Shown here one piece after another: positions 1 through 8,304 of a stretch of DNA of 64,000 nucleotides. The DNA is from an uncultured Dehalococcoidales bacterium (lineage in GTDB: Bacteria > Chloroflexota > Dehalococcoidia > Dehalococcoidales > UBA5760), in NCBI GenBank assembly GCA_964472625.1, contig CAYYLM010000006.1, forward strand, positions 1,315 to 65,314, read 5' to 3'. The position numbers and the translations under genes are program-made. Below the pieces are notes generated by a model. That model had not been told where the DNA came from and searched no databases. It saw only the letters and a list, made by a program, of their open reading frames with translations. Position 1 is the stretch's first letter. Every line of letters begins with the position of its first letter.

Positions 1-3
1 GAC

Positions 4-531
4 ATGAAGAACCTTCGACTCGATAGGCCACTTGCATTCATTGATGTCGAAACAACTGGACTCAACCCTTATTCAGACAGGATAGTAGAGTTATCGATTC
101 TTAAGATTTATCCAGATGGTAGCGAAGACTACAAGAGCCACAGGATTAATCCACAGATACCCATCCCAGCTGAGGCAACGGCTATCCATGGCATAACCGA
201 TGCCGATGTCGCAGAGGAACCATACTTCTACCAGTACGCAAGGAGCATTCGAGATTTCCTTGAAGACTGTGACATTGCGGGATTCAATGTCATTAAGTTT
301 GATTTACCCTGCCTTGAAGCGGAATTCGCAAGAGCTAATATTGAGTTCACTCGCCGTGACCGATACTTGATTGACAGCCAAGTCATATATCATATACGCG
401 AACCTCGTACCCTTGAATCCGCTTACCAAAAATACTGCGGCAAGGAAATGGTAAACGCCCACTGCGCGGAAGCAGACGCAAAGGCAACAGCCGAGATATT
501 GGATAGCCAGCTAGAGATATATCAGGACTGA
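4..531 (+). CDS. DEDDh (DnaQ/ExoX-like) 3'-5' exonuclease, catalytic part; ends at an in-frame TGA (529-531)
   Basis: Exo motifs FIDVETTG, FNVIKFD and HCAEADA (H-x4-D). The frame stays open after the TGA. Confidence 0.85.
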   Translation: MKNLRLDRPLAFIDVETTGLNPYSDRIVELSILKIYPDGSEDYKSHRINPQIPIPAEATAIHGITDADVAEEPYFYQYARSIRDFLEDCDIAGFNVIKFDLPCLEAEFARANIEFTRRDRYLIDSQVIYHIREPRTLESAYQKYCGKEMVNAHCAEADAKATAEILDSQLEIYQD

Positions 532-606
532 CCCAGAAGTGCAGCCGGACTATGCGCTTTATGTTATCAAGTCGGGGAAAATGCTGTCGATTCAGAAGGC
601 AAATTT

Positions 607-801
607 ATGTGGTTTCAAGATGAAGCGGTGTTCAATTTCGGCAAGCATAAAGATAAATCGTTAAGAGAAATAGCTGCAGATTATCCTGACTATCTAGAAT
701 GGATGTCTCGCGGAGATTTCTCCCCAGAAATCAAAGATATAGTGACTAAGGCCTTGAAGGAAGAGTTTCCTACATCACCAGTACGTCGTCTTAGAGAGTA
801 G
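607..801 (+). CDS. ExoX-like C-terminal / DUF3820-type domain, same frame as 4-531 (frame open from 532)
   Basis: Motif FNFGKHKDKSLREI...PDYLEWM. The region 532-606 translates without stops as PRSAAGLCALCYQVGENAVDSEGKF, linker-like sequence that I recall from full-length homologs. Confidence 0.6.
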   Translation: MWFQDEAVFNFGKHKDKSLREIAADYPDYLEWMSRGDFSPEIKDIVTKALKEEFPTSPVRRLRE

Positions 802-1030
802 TCACTGACTTTATCCTGTCCCCGAAGTGGCTACACCAGCTAGGTGAAGGATCACGCTGCGAGACCTTCCGATCTTGAGTGACTTGCGCGTAATCTTAGA
901 TGACATCTTGCCCTACCATGATGACGACTCCAAACTCATCGGGCGACTACTAGATAAATAGCTTTCAAGGAGAGTTAGACTCTATACCTAATCCACTCCC
1001 AGCGACCACCCCACTTATACCTTCAACGCC

Positions 1031-1333
1031 TCAGCTCTTATAAAGGCTCTCGATAATCCTTATCAAAGACTTCTTAATCTCGGGCTGGAGCACCTTATCA
1101 GCCTTTATCGCTGGGATTATTCCTATCACAACCCCTTCCTTACCAGCCACAAGATAATCAATACTCACACCTAGTTCCTCAGCAGCTTTCACAAGGAATC
1201 CCATCGACGGCACGCGCTTACCCTGCTCAATCGCTGAAATATGCTGAGGAGTCATGCTTAACGCATTGGCCAATTCCTGCTGTGTTATCTTTAGAATTTT
1301 GCGCCTTTTTCTGATTCGTTCACCTAAGCTCAT
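1031..1333 (-). CDS. XRE-family helix-turn-helix transcriptional regulator
   Basis: MSLGERIRKRRKILKITQQELANALSMTPQHISAIEQGKRVPS is a classic HTH_3 sequence. The ORF-track start at 1453 is probably an upstream extension; the ATG at 1333 fits the family N-terminus. Confidence 0.8.
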   Translation of the reverse strand: MSLGERIRKRRKILKITQQELANALSMTPQHISAIEQGKRVPSMGFLVKAAEELGVSIDYLVAGKEGVVIGIIPAIKADKVLQPEIKKSLIRIIESLYKS

Positions 1334-1475
1334 TCTGCTATCCAATCCTCTCAGGTCTTTAGTGAAAAGACTAGCAACTGAATGATTAGGAGAGCAAATA
1401 TACATCTCATAGTTTACTTTTACGACTATTTGCGTTTTAATAATATGCGACAACCTTGAAAATCGGAGGAGAGCA

Positions 1476-1970
1476 ATGAATCAAAGAATCATTTTAGCCA
1501 CTATCCTTAGCCTATGTATTTCGGGACTGCTACTACTCAACGGGTGTTTCCTGTCCCCATCACAACCAAGTTACAGCCCACCCGCAACAACACGGGTACC
1601 AGAATCAACACCAGAACCTACTCCTACCTATCGGCATTGGGAATGGCAACCATCCCCAGGTCACATTTTAGAAGGCGGATCATGGGCCTACTTCCCCGCA
1701 GGTGGGGCATACGTAGAAGCGGGACATACCTTGACGCTACATTGGTCGTCAGACAGCCCTTTGGATGGCTTCATCCTTACCGCAAATCAATTCGACAACA
1801 TGGACAAGCATCTTGGAGTGGTTTCGGCATATCTCGCTAAGGGTTCCGGCACTAACAAGACCATAGTCGCACATGTCCAGAACAGCGACAAGTATTATGC
1901 CGTTGTGCGTAATTTGTCTGTTCTCGCACCTTCAGTGAAACTTTACGAGGCGACGCTCACCGAGGAGTAA
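1476..1970 (+). CDS. Hypothetical lipoprotein
   Basis: Signal peptide with lipobox LLLLNG-C, followed by a Pro/Ser/Thr-rich linker. Confidence 0.6.
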   Translation: MNQRIILATILSLCISGLLLLNGCFLSPSQPSYSPPATTRVPESTPEPTPTYRHWEWQPSPGHILEGGSWAYFPAGGAYVEAGHTLTLHWSSDSPLDGFILTANQFDNMDKHLGVVSAYLAKGSGTNKTIVAHVQNSDKYYAVVRNLSVLAPSVKLYEATLTEE

Positions 1971-1991
1971 TCCACCGAGGGAAATATATAC

Positions 1992-2013
1992 TTCCCCCCC
2001 CCTCCTCCCCCTT
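1992..2013. repeat. Pyrimidine tract C9-T-CC-T-C5 (C9 homopolymer at 1994-2002)
   Basis: Read directly: cttccccccccctcctccccctt. Confidence 0.9.
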
Positions 2014-2267
2014 GACCATGCGGTTTCCAGCCCTAGAAAACCATCATACGCTTTCTGGGATATATTGCTGATGTCCCTAGTGCCATGAACTTCCTTGTAA
2101 TGGGCTAACAATCTAAGAAGATCCTAGAGATAGCCATCCATTGATCGAACGCCTTTATTCATGAGCATATAAATCATATGCGCATTGGTGCAGCACGTGA
2201 GGCGGTTTTGATACAATGCTCTAAACTCTGGATATTTGAATTTAGACTTAGAAAGAGGCTGAAAATG

Positions 2268-2299
2268 AGAGAAACTATTTAGTTTCTCTTATTTTTGTG
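2268..2299 (+). terminator. Rho-independent terminator-like hairpin
   Basis: 9-bp stem agagaaact/agtttctct (2268-2276 / 2281-2289), 4-nt loop attt, tail tatttttgtg. Confidence 0.5.
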
Positions 2300-2360
2300 C
2301 GTGGTCAAAAACCTTTGCTTTTTGTTAGCGCGATGTTAGCATGAAAATAAGGAAAATTGA

Positions 2361-2747
2361 ATGTTTGAGCATTTGCCGGAAGTAACACAAGATAACCTCA
2401 ATGTGCTGACTGATAAGGAAATAAGCTGTTTTGCCAGTTTACTTAAGAGATGCATTGAGGAGACCGATACTCCTGACAGAGCAATAGACTGCATGTGCCA
2501 GGAGATTAGTAATTCAAATCCGTATCTAGTTAACGCAGTGAGGGCTGCTGCCTATTCAGTGGCGAGTGAGCTAGAGGGGGATGTCCCAGGAGGTTGTGAA
2601 TGGAGAGCTGGCCTAGCTACTGTCCCCGGCGTGTTGGCTATCTTACGTTTAATAGACCGGGCCCTGGAGGCCAGGGTTATCATGTCAAAACTGGGGTTCT
2701 ATAGTCCAAATAGTTCAAGTGGCAGCGATAACCCACAGATGCAATAG
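2361..2747 (+). CDS. Hypothetical protein (element cargo)
   Basis: 128-aa ORF directly upstream of the recombinase gene and overlapping it. No recognisable motif. Confidence 0.45.
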   Translation: MFEHLPEVTQDNLNVLTDKEISCFASLLKRCIEETDTPDRAIDCMCQEISNSNPYLVNAVRAAAYSVASELEGDVPGGCEWRAGLATVPGVLAILRLIDRALEARVIMSKLGFYSPNSSSGSDNPQMQ

Positions 2748-4338
2748 TCAATGTTTGGTGTCTTTGTACAGGAGTAGGGTAACGGTGGAAAGGGCTTTGG
2801 TAGTATTGCGGGAAAGTCTTGATATCCTGGCTGAGGGATACGGGTTTGATATACAGCTAGATGAGGTAAAGCGGTTCTTTCAAGAGCACGATTTAGTTGC
2901 TGACAGGATAGTAAAGCTAATTGAAAATTCTACAACCTGGGATAGAGACGAATTCGAGTCTCTGGTATTCGATGCCATAGATCGACGGTTCGAGGTTCCT
3001 TGGTTGGTATTTCCGAGGGTGGACAGATTTGCGAGGAAAGCGGATGCCGCTGCGTATTATCTTGGTTTATTGAGGAAGGCTGGCCTGAAATTGGGTTTTG
3101 CCAGGGAAAACCTTGTGGTAACTAACGAGACGGGCTCCATGGAATTTCTAATGCTTAGCTTTCAAACGGCCAAGGCTGATGAAGATGCAAAGACTATCAA
3201 GGCTAATACAATGGGTGGCCGACTTAAGCGGGCTAAAGAGCGTGGCAGACTTCCCAACGGTGGGCACAGGTGGTGTTTTGACTACGACAAGGCTACGGGG
3301 AAAGCTGTCATTAACTCGGAAAAAGCCAATCATGTCAGAAACTGGGCTAGATGGCTTATAGAAGAGGGGGTAAGTCTAGGGGAGTGCTGCCGACGTATGG
3401 AAGCCCTAGGTGTCCCAGCACCTAAAGGGGGCTTAAGATGGCGCCCTGGCACTCTTACGCGAATATTGAAGGATAGAGCTCTTATTGGCAAGTTCTACGC
3501 TTACAAAGAGAAGATGGTTGGGGAGGAAGGGCGCGTAAAGAAACGTCGGGAATGTCAGAAGGAACCGCTTCTAGTTTATGAAGATGATAACACCGTTCTG
3601 GAATCTGTAATATTTGAAGACGTTCAAAGACGGTTACGAAAGAATATTGAATTATCCCAGCGTAATGTAAGATTCGATTACACACCTACTCGCGGTTTCA
3701 TCTTCTGTGGGACCTGCGGACGTAGGCTAACGGGGGTGGCATTTCGTGGCGTACCTTATTTCCGATGTCCAGTATGCAGGAAGCCGAGCATTAAGGCAGA
3801 GGCTATTTGGGAAGCAGTGAGCGGGGAGATAAAACACATTCTCCTTGATCCGGAACTCTTCTACGAGGCATTGAGCAAATACTTGAATACCGGAATGTCA
3901 GCTGCCCAATTGGAACGTGAAATTACTCAATTAGAAACGCAATTGGCTAATCTTGATGAAGTTGATACAAAGATACTGAGGTTGTATCTGATAACCAACT
4001 ACCCGGAGAATAAACTAAGAATAGAGCACGAGCGGATAGAAAAGCACAAGGTAGTGTTATCTGATAAAGTTAGACATTTGAAGGCAGAATTAGCTGACCT
4101 CAGACGGGTAAGGCTAACCAGAGAAGTCTTGGCTGAACACTCGCGCTGGTTTCAGTCAGAGGTTGCTCACTTTACTGAACAGGCGTGGCGTGGGCTCCTT
4201 GCTCAATGGGAAGTGAAAGTCATCATTGATGGGCAGAAACAAGCTTCGCTCCAAATGCGTTCACCATCAACTAATCTAGATACTTCAATACCGTTAAACA
4301 GTGAGTTATTGTGTCACAACGATGGTAAACGATGGTAA
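2719..4338 (+). CDS. Large serine recombinase (resolvase / recombinase / zinc-ribbon architecture) with an atypical N-terminus
   Basis: VDRFARK matches the resolvase 'lDRlsR' motif. Recombinase-domain signature GRLPNGGHRWCFDYD. Zinc ribbon CGTCGRRL...FRCPVCRK, then a C-terminal coiled coil. No in-frame ATG near the 5' end (candidate GTG/TTG starts at 2719-2785). Confidence 0.8.
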   Translation: MAAITHRCNSQCLVSLYRSRVTVERALVVLRESLDILAEGYGFDIQLDEVKRFFQEHDLVADRIVKLIENSTTWDRDEFESLVFDAIDRRFEVPWLVFPRVDRFARKADAAAYYLGLLRKAGLKLGFARENLVVTNETGSMEFLMLSFQTAKADEDAKTIKANTMGGRLKRAKERGRLPNGGHRWCFDYDKATGKAVINSEKANHVRNWARWLIEEGVSLGECCRRMEALGVPAPKGGLRWRPGTLTRILKDRALIGKFYAYKEKMVGEEGRVKKRRECQKEPLLVYEDDNTVLESVIFEDVQRRLRKNIELSQRNVRFDYTPTRGFIFCGTCGRRLTGVAFRGVPYFRCPVCRKPSIKAEAIWEAVSGEIKHILLDPELFYEALSKYLNTGMSAAQLEREITQLETQLANLDEVDTKILRLYLITNYPENKLRIEHERIEKHKVVLSDKVRHLKAELADLRRVRLTREVLAEHSRWFQSEVAHFTEQAWRGLLAQWEVKVIIDGQKQASLQMRSPSTNLDTSIPLNSELLCHNDGKRW

Positions 4339-4419
4339 CCCCGGCGAGATATCGACCTCAACTTCGACAACCGCCCCTTCCAGTCCGACTATGGCGCAGC
4401 TCATTACCTTGGCTAGCAT
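4306..4419 (-). pseudogene. comM: 5' fragment of comM/yifB (Mg-chelatase-like ATPase) truncated by the element
   Basis: The minus strand reads MLAKVMSCAIVGLEGAVVEVEVDISPGLPSFTIV, then VTQ and a stop. It is preceded by SD GGAGA. Too short to appear in the ORF track. Confidence 0.75.
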
Positions 4420-4478
4420 ATTTCTCCATAGGTAATACCACAGGTGTTAGTTATCGGTCAACCGTACCTGTGGTGATA

Positions 4479-5234
4479 CTATTTGGCTGTCCAGCCGCCA
4501 TCAACCGGCAGGATGGCGCCCGTAATCATGCTAGCTTCATCACTGGCCAGGAAGCAAACCGCGGTGGCAACGTCGTCCAGTGTGGCTAGGCGGTGATAGA
4601 GAATGTTATCCATTACGTAGCTTCTGAATTCCGGGTCCTCCAGCATACCCTGGCTCAAAGGGGTCAGAACGAAGGTGGGCGCCACAACGTTAATGCGGAT
4701 ATTGTATGGTGCCCAGTCAACAGCTTCGGCTTTACTTAGCAATGCCACAGCTCCCTTACTGGCACAGTAATTGGCACGTTTCCAGCCCCCCACCAGGCTC
4801 ATCTGGGAACCGATATTAATAATCGAGCCCCCCTTACGGGGTATCATTGACTGGATAGCAACCGCCTGATTACAGAAGAAGAGCCCCTTGGCATTTACGT
4901 CGTTTAAGGCATGCCAATCTTCCTCAGTGACTTCGTGAGCCAGCTGGGGGATGTTGATTCCGGCGCTGCAGACCAGGATGTCGATCTCGCCCAGTTCCTC
5001 CCTTATGCGGCTGACCAGGGGGGCAAGAGCGGGAATCACGGTCACATCTTGAAGGTAACCTTTGGCTACCCCCTTTGCCTGCACCCTTTTCGTTGCCCCG
5101 GGCAGGGTTTCCGCATTCTTATCAACCAGAGCTACCTTGGCACCACTTCCTGCCAAAAGCTCGGCACAGGCAAGGCCGATGCCACTGGCGGCTCCAGTCA
5201 CCATGGCAACCTTGTTGTCAAGTCTAATGTCCAC
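4479..5234 (-). CDS. Short-chain dehydrogenase/reductase (SDR) family oxidoreductase
   Basis: TGAASGIGLA (TGxxxGxG) and YCASK (YxxxK). Confidence 0.85.
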   Translation of the reverse strand: MDIRLDNKVAMVTGAASGIGLACAELLAGSGAKVALVDKNAETLPGATKRVQAKGVAKGYLQDVTVIPALAPLVSRIREELGEIDILVCSAGINIPQLAHEVTEEDWHALNDVNAKGLFFCNQAVAIQSMIPRKGGSIINIGSQMSLVGGWKRANYCASKGAVALLSKAEAVDWAPYNIRINVVAPTFVLTPLSQGMLEDPEFRSYVMDNILYHRLATLDDVATAVCFLASDEASMITGAILPVDGGWTAK

Positions 5235-5282
5235 GGGCTCTCTTTGCCTCCTTTTCTAGTCATGCTTGCTTAAGGGTGAGAC

Positions 5283-7016
5283 CTAATCCCAGCCTTTAAG
5301 CCGGTAATAATCAGACAACATCCTATCGAAATCCGATTTCAGAAGCACCTTACCACTGTCCTCGAGCCTTTCTTCAAAAAACCTTTTTGGTAGAGTATCG
5401 TCGGCGGTCGTCATGCCCTCGCGCAGATTGAATTCCCTAGCCTTATTGGTAATGCCTAGCGCCAGTTTCTGCAGACTGGGCTTATCCAGCTTCATTCCCG
5501 TGGTTGCCTCTATCACCAGCGATAATCTCTGCCAGAGGTACATGTCTCGGAAAAAGCGGCACAGGATCAGGGCATCAAAGAGGGTGTGCCGGTCCTCGAA
5601 GTCGATAAGCATCTCCGCTTTACCCTCGATTTGGTCTGGGTCTATCATTCCGGAGAGCTCTGCCTTATAGAAGGTAGCTCTTAGGTGGTCGGCGCCTCTG
5701 TCTCCGGTAGCGTAGGTTAGCCCCATACCCTTGAGAACCCTGGGTTCATAACCTGGTGGCTCCAGCCCTTTGACGTGAATGGCCAGGTCCTCTAGTCCCC
5801 ACTCTTTAGCAGCGTGTCGTACCCCTTCCGCCAGGATAGCCCCGATGCCCTCTCTTCGGGTGATCTTATGTAGTAGCTGGCTAATACCGTCAACGTCGCC
5901 ATATTCAATTTTCTCGCCGATTGGCTTTCGGTGGGATGCCTCTATGGCAAAGGCAGCGACATTACCGGCGGTTATCGTGTCCAGACCGAGCCGGTCACAG
6001 ATATCATTAAGGTAGGCGACCTCCCTAATATCGCTAATCAGGCACAGCCCGCCGAAAACGGCGATGGTCTCATATTCGGGTCCCTCGACTCTCAGTCCCT
6101 TATGTCGCCCCGTGGTGACCTCAAATAGTTTGGCGCACGCCATACAACATTTAGGGCAGGCCCGGGACTTGACATCGCACTGCTCGCGTGCTTTTTGCAT
6201 GGTCAGGTTTTGCCATCTATCGAAGGTCCCCGAGGTCCAGTACTTGGTGGGAAAGGCACCGGCTTTGTTGGTTGCGGTCACCACCTGAACTGTCCCCTCG
6301 GAGTAAAACCTCTGGGCGCCGGGGTCTACTTTACAGGCTTCTCTCATTTCTTCCCAGAGTTTATCTAGCATCTCGGGGTGGGCTATCTGCCTCTTTACAT
6401 CTCCGTAAAAGGCTATGCCCTTGACCTTCTTTGCCCCCAGCACTGCTCCCGCCCCGGCTCTACCTGCCGACCGCCAGTGGTCGTTCTCAATCAGGGCAAA
6501 CTTGACCAGGTTCTCCCCGGCCGGCCCGATAACGCCGATACCGGCATCCCGTCTCCCTAATTCCTCGCGGATGGCATCTTCAGTCTCATAGGTGTCTTTG
6601 CCCCAGAGGTGTGAGGCATCGTGAAATACTACCTTTTGGTGGGTAATCTCGAGGTAAACCGGCTTCTGGGAAGCCCCTGTGATAATGATGGCGTCATAAC
6701 CGGTCCGGCTTAGCGGTTCAGCCACCCTGCCCCCGGAGTAGGACTCGCAGTATACCCCGGTCAGGGGTGACTTGGTAAATACTCCGTAGCGGCACGAGCC
6801 GTAGGTTCTGGTATCAGTGGCTGGCCCGGTGGCCAAAATGACTGCGTTTTCTGGTGATAGGGGTTTAACCCCGGCTTTGGTATTTTTGAGCAGGAGATGG
6901 GTAGCCAGCCCCTTTCCTCCCAGGAACTCCCGGTAGATGGCATCATCTACGGATTCCTCGGCAAATGACCTCTGGCTGAGGTCAATATATAGTAGTTTGT
7001 TATGGAAGCCCTTCAC
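5283..7016 (-). CDS. Aldehyde:ferredoxin oxidoreductase (AOR) family tungsto/molybdopterin enzyme
   Basis: N-terminus MKGFHNKLLYIDLS...FLGGKGLA and overall AOR-family pattern. 577 aa. Its start lies 1 nt after the pgk stop. Confidence 0.8.
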   Translation of the reverse strand: MKGFHNKLLYIDLSQRSFAEESVDDAIYREFLGGKGLATHLLLKNTKAGVKPLSPENAVILATGPATDTRTYGSCRYGVFTKSPLTGVYCESYSGGRVAEPLSRTGYDAIIITGASQKPVYLEITHQKVVFHDASHLWGKDTYETEDAIREELGRRDAGIGVIGPAGENLVKFALIENDHWRSAGRAGAGAVLGAKKVKGIAFYGDVKRQIAHPEMLDKLWEEMREACKVDPGAQRFYSEGTVQVVTATNKAGAFPTKYWTSGTFDRWQNLTMQKAREQCDVKSRACPKCCMACAKLFEVTTGRHKGLRVEGPEYETIAVFGGLCLISDIREVAYLNDICDRLGLDTITAGNVAAFAIEASHRKPIGEKIEYGDVDGISQLLHKITRREGIGAILAEGVRHAAKEWGLEDLAIHVKGLEPPGYEPRVLKGMGLTYATGDRGADHLRATFYKAELSGMIDPDQIEGKAEMLIDFEDRHTLFDALILCRFFRDMYLWQRLSLVIEATTGMKLDKPSLQKLALGITNKAREFNLREGMTTADDTLPKRFFEERLEDSGKVLLKSDFDRMLSDYYRLKGWD

Positions 7017-7017
7017 C

Positions 7018-8295
7018 TTACTTTGTTCCTTTCATTCTGATTTGGTTAACAGCCTTGTCCCCCCTTTTCATGGCCTCAACCAAGGGCAGTTTTACACCGG
7101 ACAGAAAGCGAATGAGGGCTCCGCCGCCGGTAGAGACGTGGTCTATTTTTGATAGGTCTCCCAAACGACTCGCTGAGGCGACGGTGTCCCCGCCCCCGAT
7201 GACCGAATAGCCCTCGGCATCACCGACTATCTGCCACAGTGCCTTGGTGCCATAGGCGCCGATTTCCTGTTCGTAGATTCCGGAGGGGCCGTTAACAAAT
7301 ATCGTGCCGGCTTTCCTCAGTATCTTACCATATTCGGCGACTGTTTTGGGGCCGATATCGATAATTAACCCTTGGCTTGGTAGCTCCTCGGCGCTGATTT
7401 CGTACCGCCGGCCACCATCGTCGATGCCAAAGTCTAGGGGGATGCGCAATTTATCGGGGTAGTCCTTGAGATACTCTCTGGCTGGGGCGACAAACTTGTC
7501 CAGTCTCCGGTCGGTGATAAACTTTTCTGAGGGTGAGCCTAATCTTTTACCCAAAGCGAGGTGCATCACCTGTCCGGTAATGCCGGCGGTGAGCACACAG
7601 TCGGCCGAACCCTCCGCCAGCACCTTTTTCATCATGCTAAAGGCATCGGATATCTTGGCTCCACCGAGCAGGAAGACACAGGGACGCTTGGGATTCTCCA
7701 GTACCGTAGTCAGGGCTGTTACCTCCTTATCGTAGAGGATGCCGGCGGCTGATGGAACTAACTCCTGAAAGGCTACCATGCTTGGAGAGTTACGGTGGGC
7801 GGCGGCGAAGGCATCATTGACATAATAATCAAACAGCGTGGCAAGATTCTGCACCAGGTAGGTTTGGGTCATCTCCTTTGGGGTCAGTTTTACCGCATCC
7901 TCAAAGGTGGATACCTCCTCGGTCAGGTAACGGAGGTTATCCAGAAGCAGGATTTCCCCCTCTTTAAGGCGCTTGATTTTCTCCCGGGCCGCCGGACCGG
8001 CGACATCGTCAATAAACTGGACTTCCCGCCCCAGCTTTTGGGAGAGTTTTTCGGCGTGCTCCTTTAGAGAAATCAGGTTCTGATAGTCCAGTGTGTCTCC
8101 CTGGTGGGCGATGATGACCAGCTTAGCCCCTTTGTTAACCAGTGCCCGAATGGTGGGCAGGCTCTGAACGATTCTGTTCTCGTTGGTAATCCTCTTGGTC
8201 TTGGGGTCAAGGGGCGAATTAATATCCACCCTCAGCAGTACCGCCTTCCCCCGGTAGTCAAAATCGTCCAGCGTCAGGTAGTCCCGCTTAGCCAT
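7018..8295 (-). CDS. pgk: Phosphoglycerate kinase, archaeal-type sequence
   Basis: LTLDDFDYRGKAVLLRVDINSPLDP...GAKLVIIAHQG resembles archaeal PGK N-termini rather than the bacterial VRVDFNVP type. 425 aa. Confidence 0.8.
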   Translation of the reverse strand: MAKRDYLTLDDFDYRGKAVLLRVDINSPLDPKTKRITNENRIVQSLPTIRALVNKGAKLVIIAHQGDTLDYQNLISLKEHAEKLSQKLGREVQFIDDVAGPAAREKIKRLKEGEILLLDNLRYLTEEVSTFEDAVKLTPKEMTQTYLVQNLATLFDYYVNDAFAAAHRNSPSMVAFQELVPSAAGILYDKEVTALTTVLENPKRPCVFLLGGAKISDAFSMMKKVLAEGSADCVLTAGITGQVMHLALGKRLGSPSEKFITDRRLDKFVAPAREYLKDYPDKLRIPLDFGIDDGGRRYEISAEELPSQGLIIDIGPKTVAEYGKILRKAGTIFVNGPSGIYEQEIGAYGTKALWQIVGDAEGYSVIGGGDTVASASRLGDLSKIDHVSTGGGALIRFLSGVKLPLVEAMKRGDKAVNQIRMKGTK

Positions 8296-8304
8296 GGGAT
8301 TACC

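Larger units (their letters stand above)
1..4320. mobile_element. Right-hand part of an integrated element (continues past the window start) ending in a large serine recombinase gene and inserted in comM
   Basis: Visibly AT-richer than the flanking core. Phage/ICE-type cargo: exonuclease, XRE repressor, recombinase. The host comM 5' fragment starts exactly at the right junction (~4318). Confidence 0.7.

Noticed and set aside
529-531. The in-frame TGA in the exonuclease gene as selenocysteine or genome-wide TGA recoding.
   Set aside because: In homologs as I recall them, the position aligns with a hydrophobic (Leu-like) residue, not Cys/Sec. I see no obvious SECIS-like hairpin directly downstream. 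gltX and glnS use TGA as genuine stops at their family-typical ends.
1514-1840. 108-aa alternate-frame ORF inside the lipoprotein gene.
   Set aside because: It is on the same strand, out of frame, Arg/Thr-rich and has no start context. The lipoprotein frame has a proper signal peptide and lipobox.
4437-4474. A 9-bp inverted repeat (accacaggt / acctgtggt) between the SDR stop and the comM start, considered as a terminator.
   Set aside because: The loop is 20 nt and there is no T tract after it on the minus strand. At best it is an intercistronic structure; I did not call it as a terminator.
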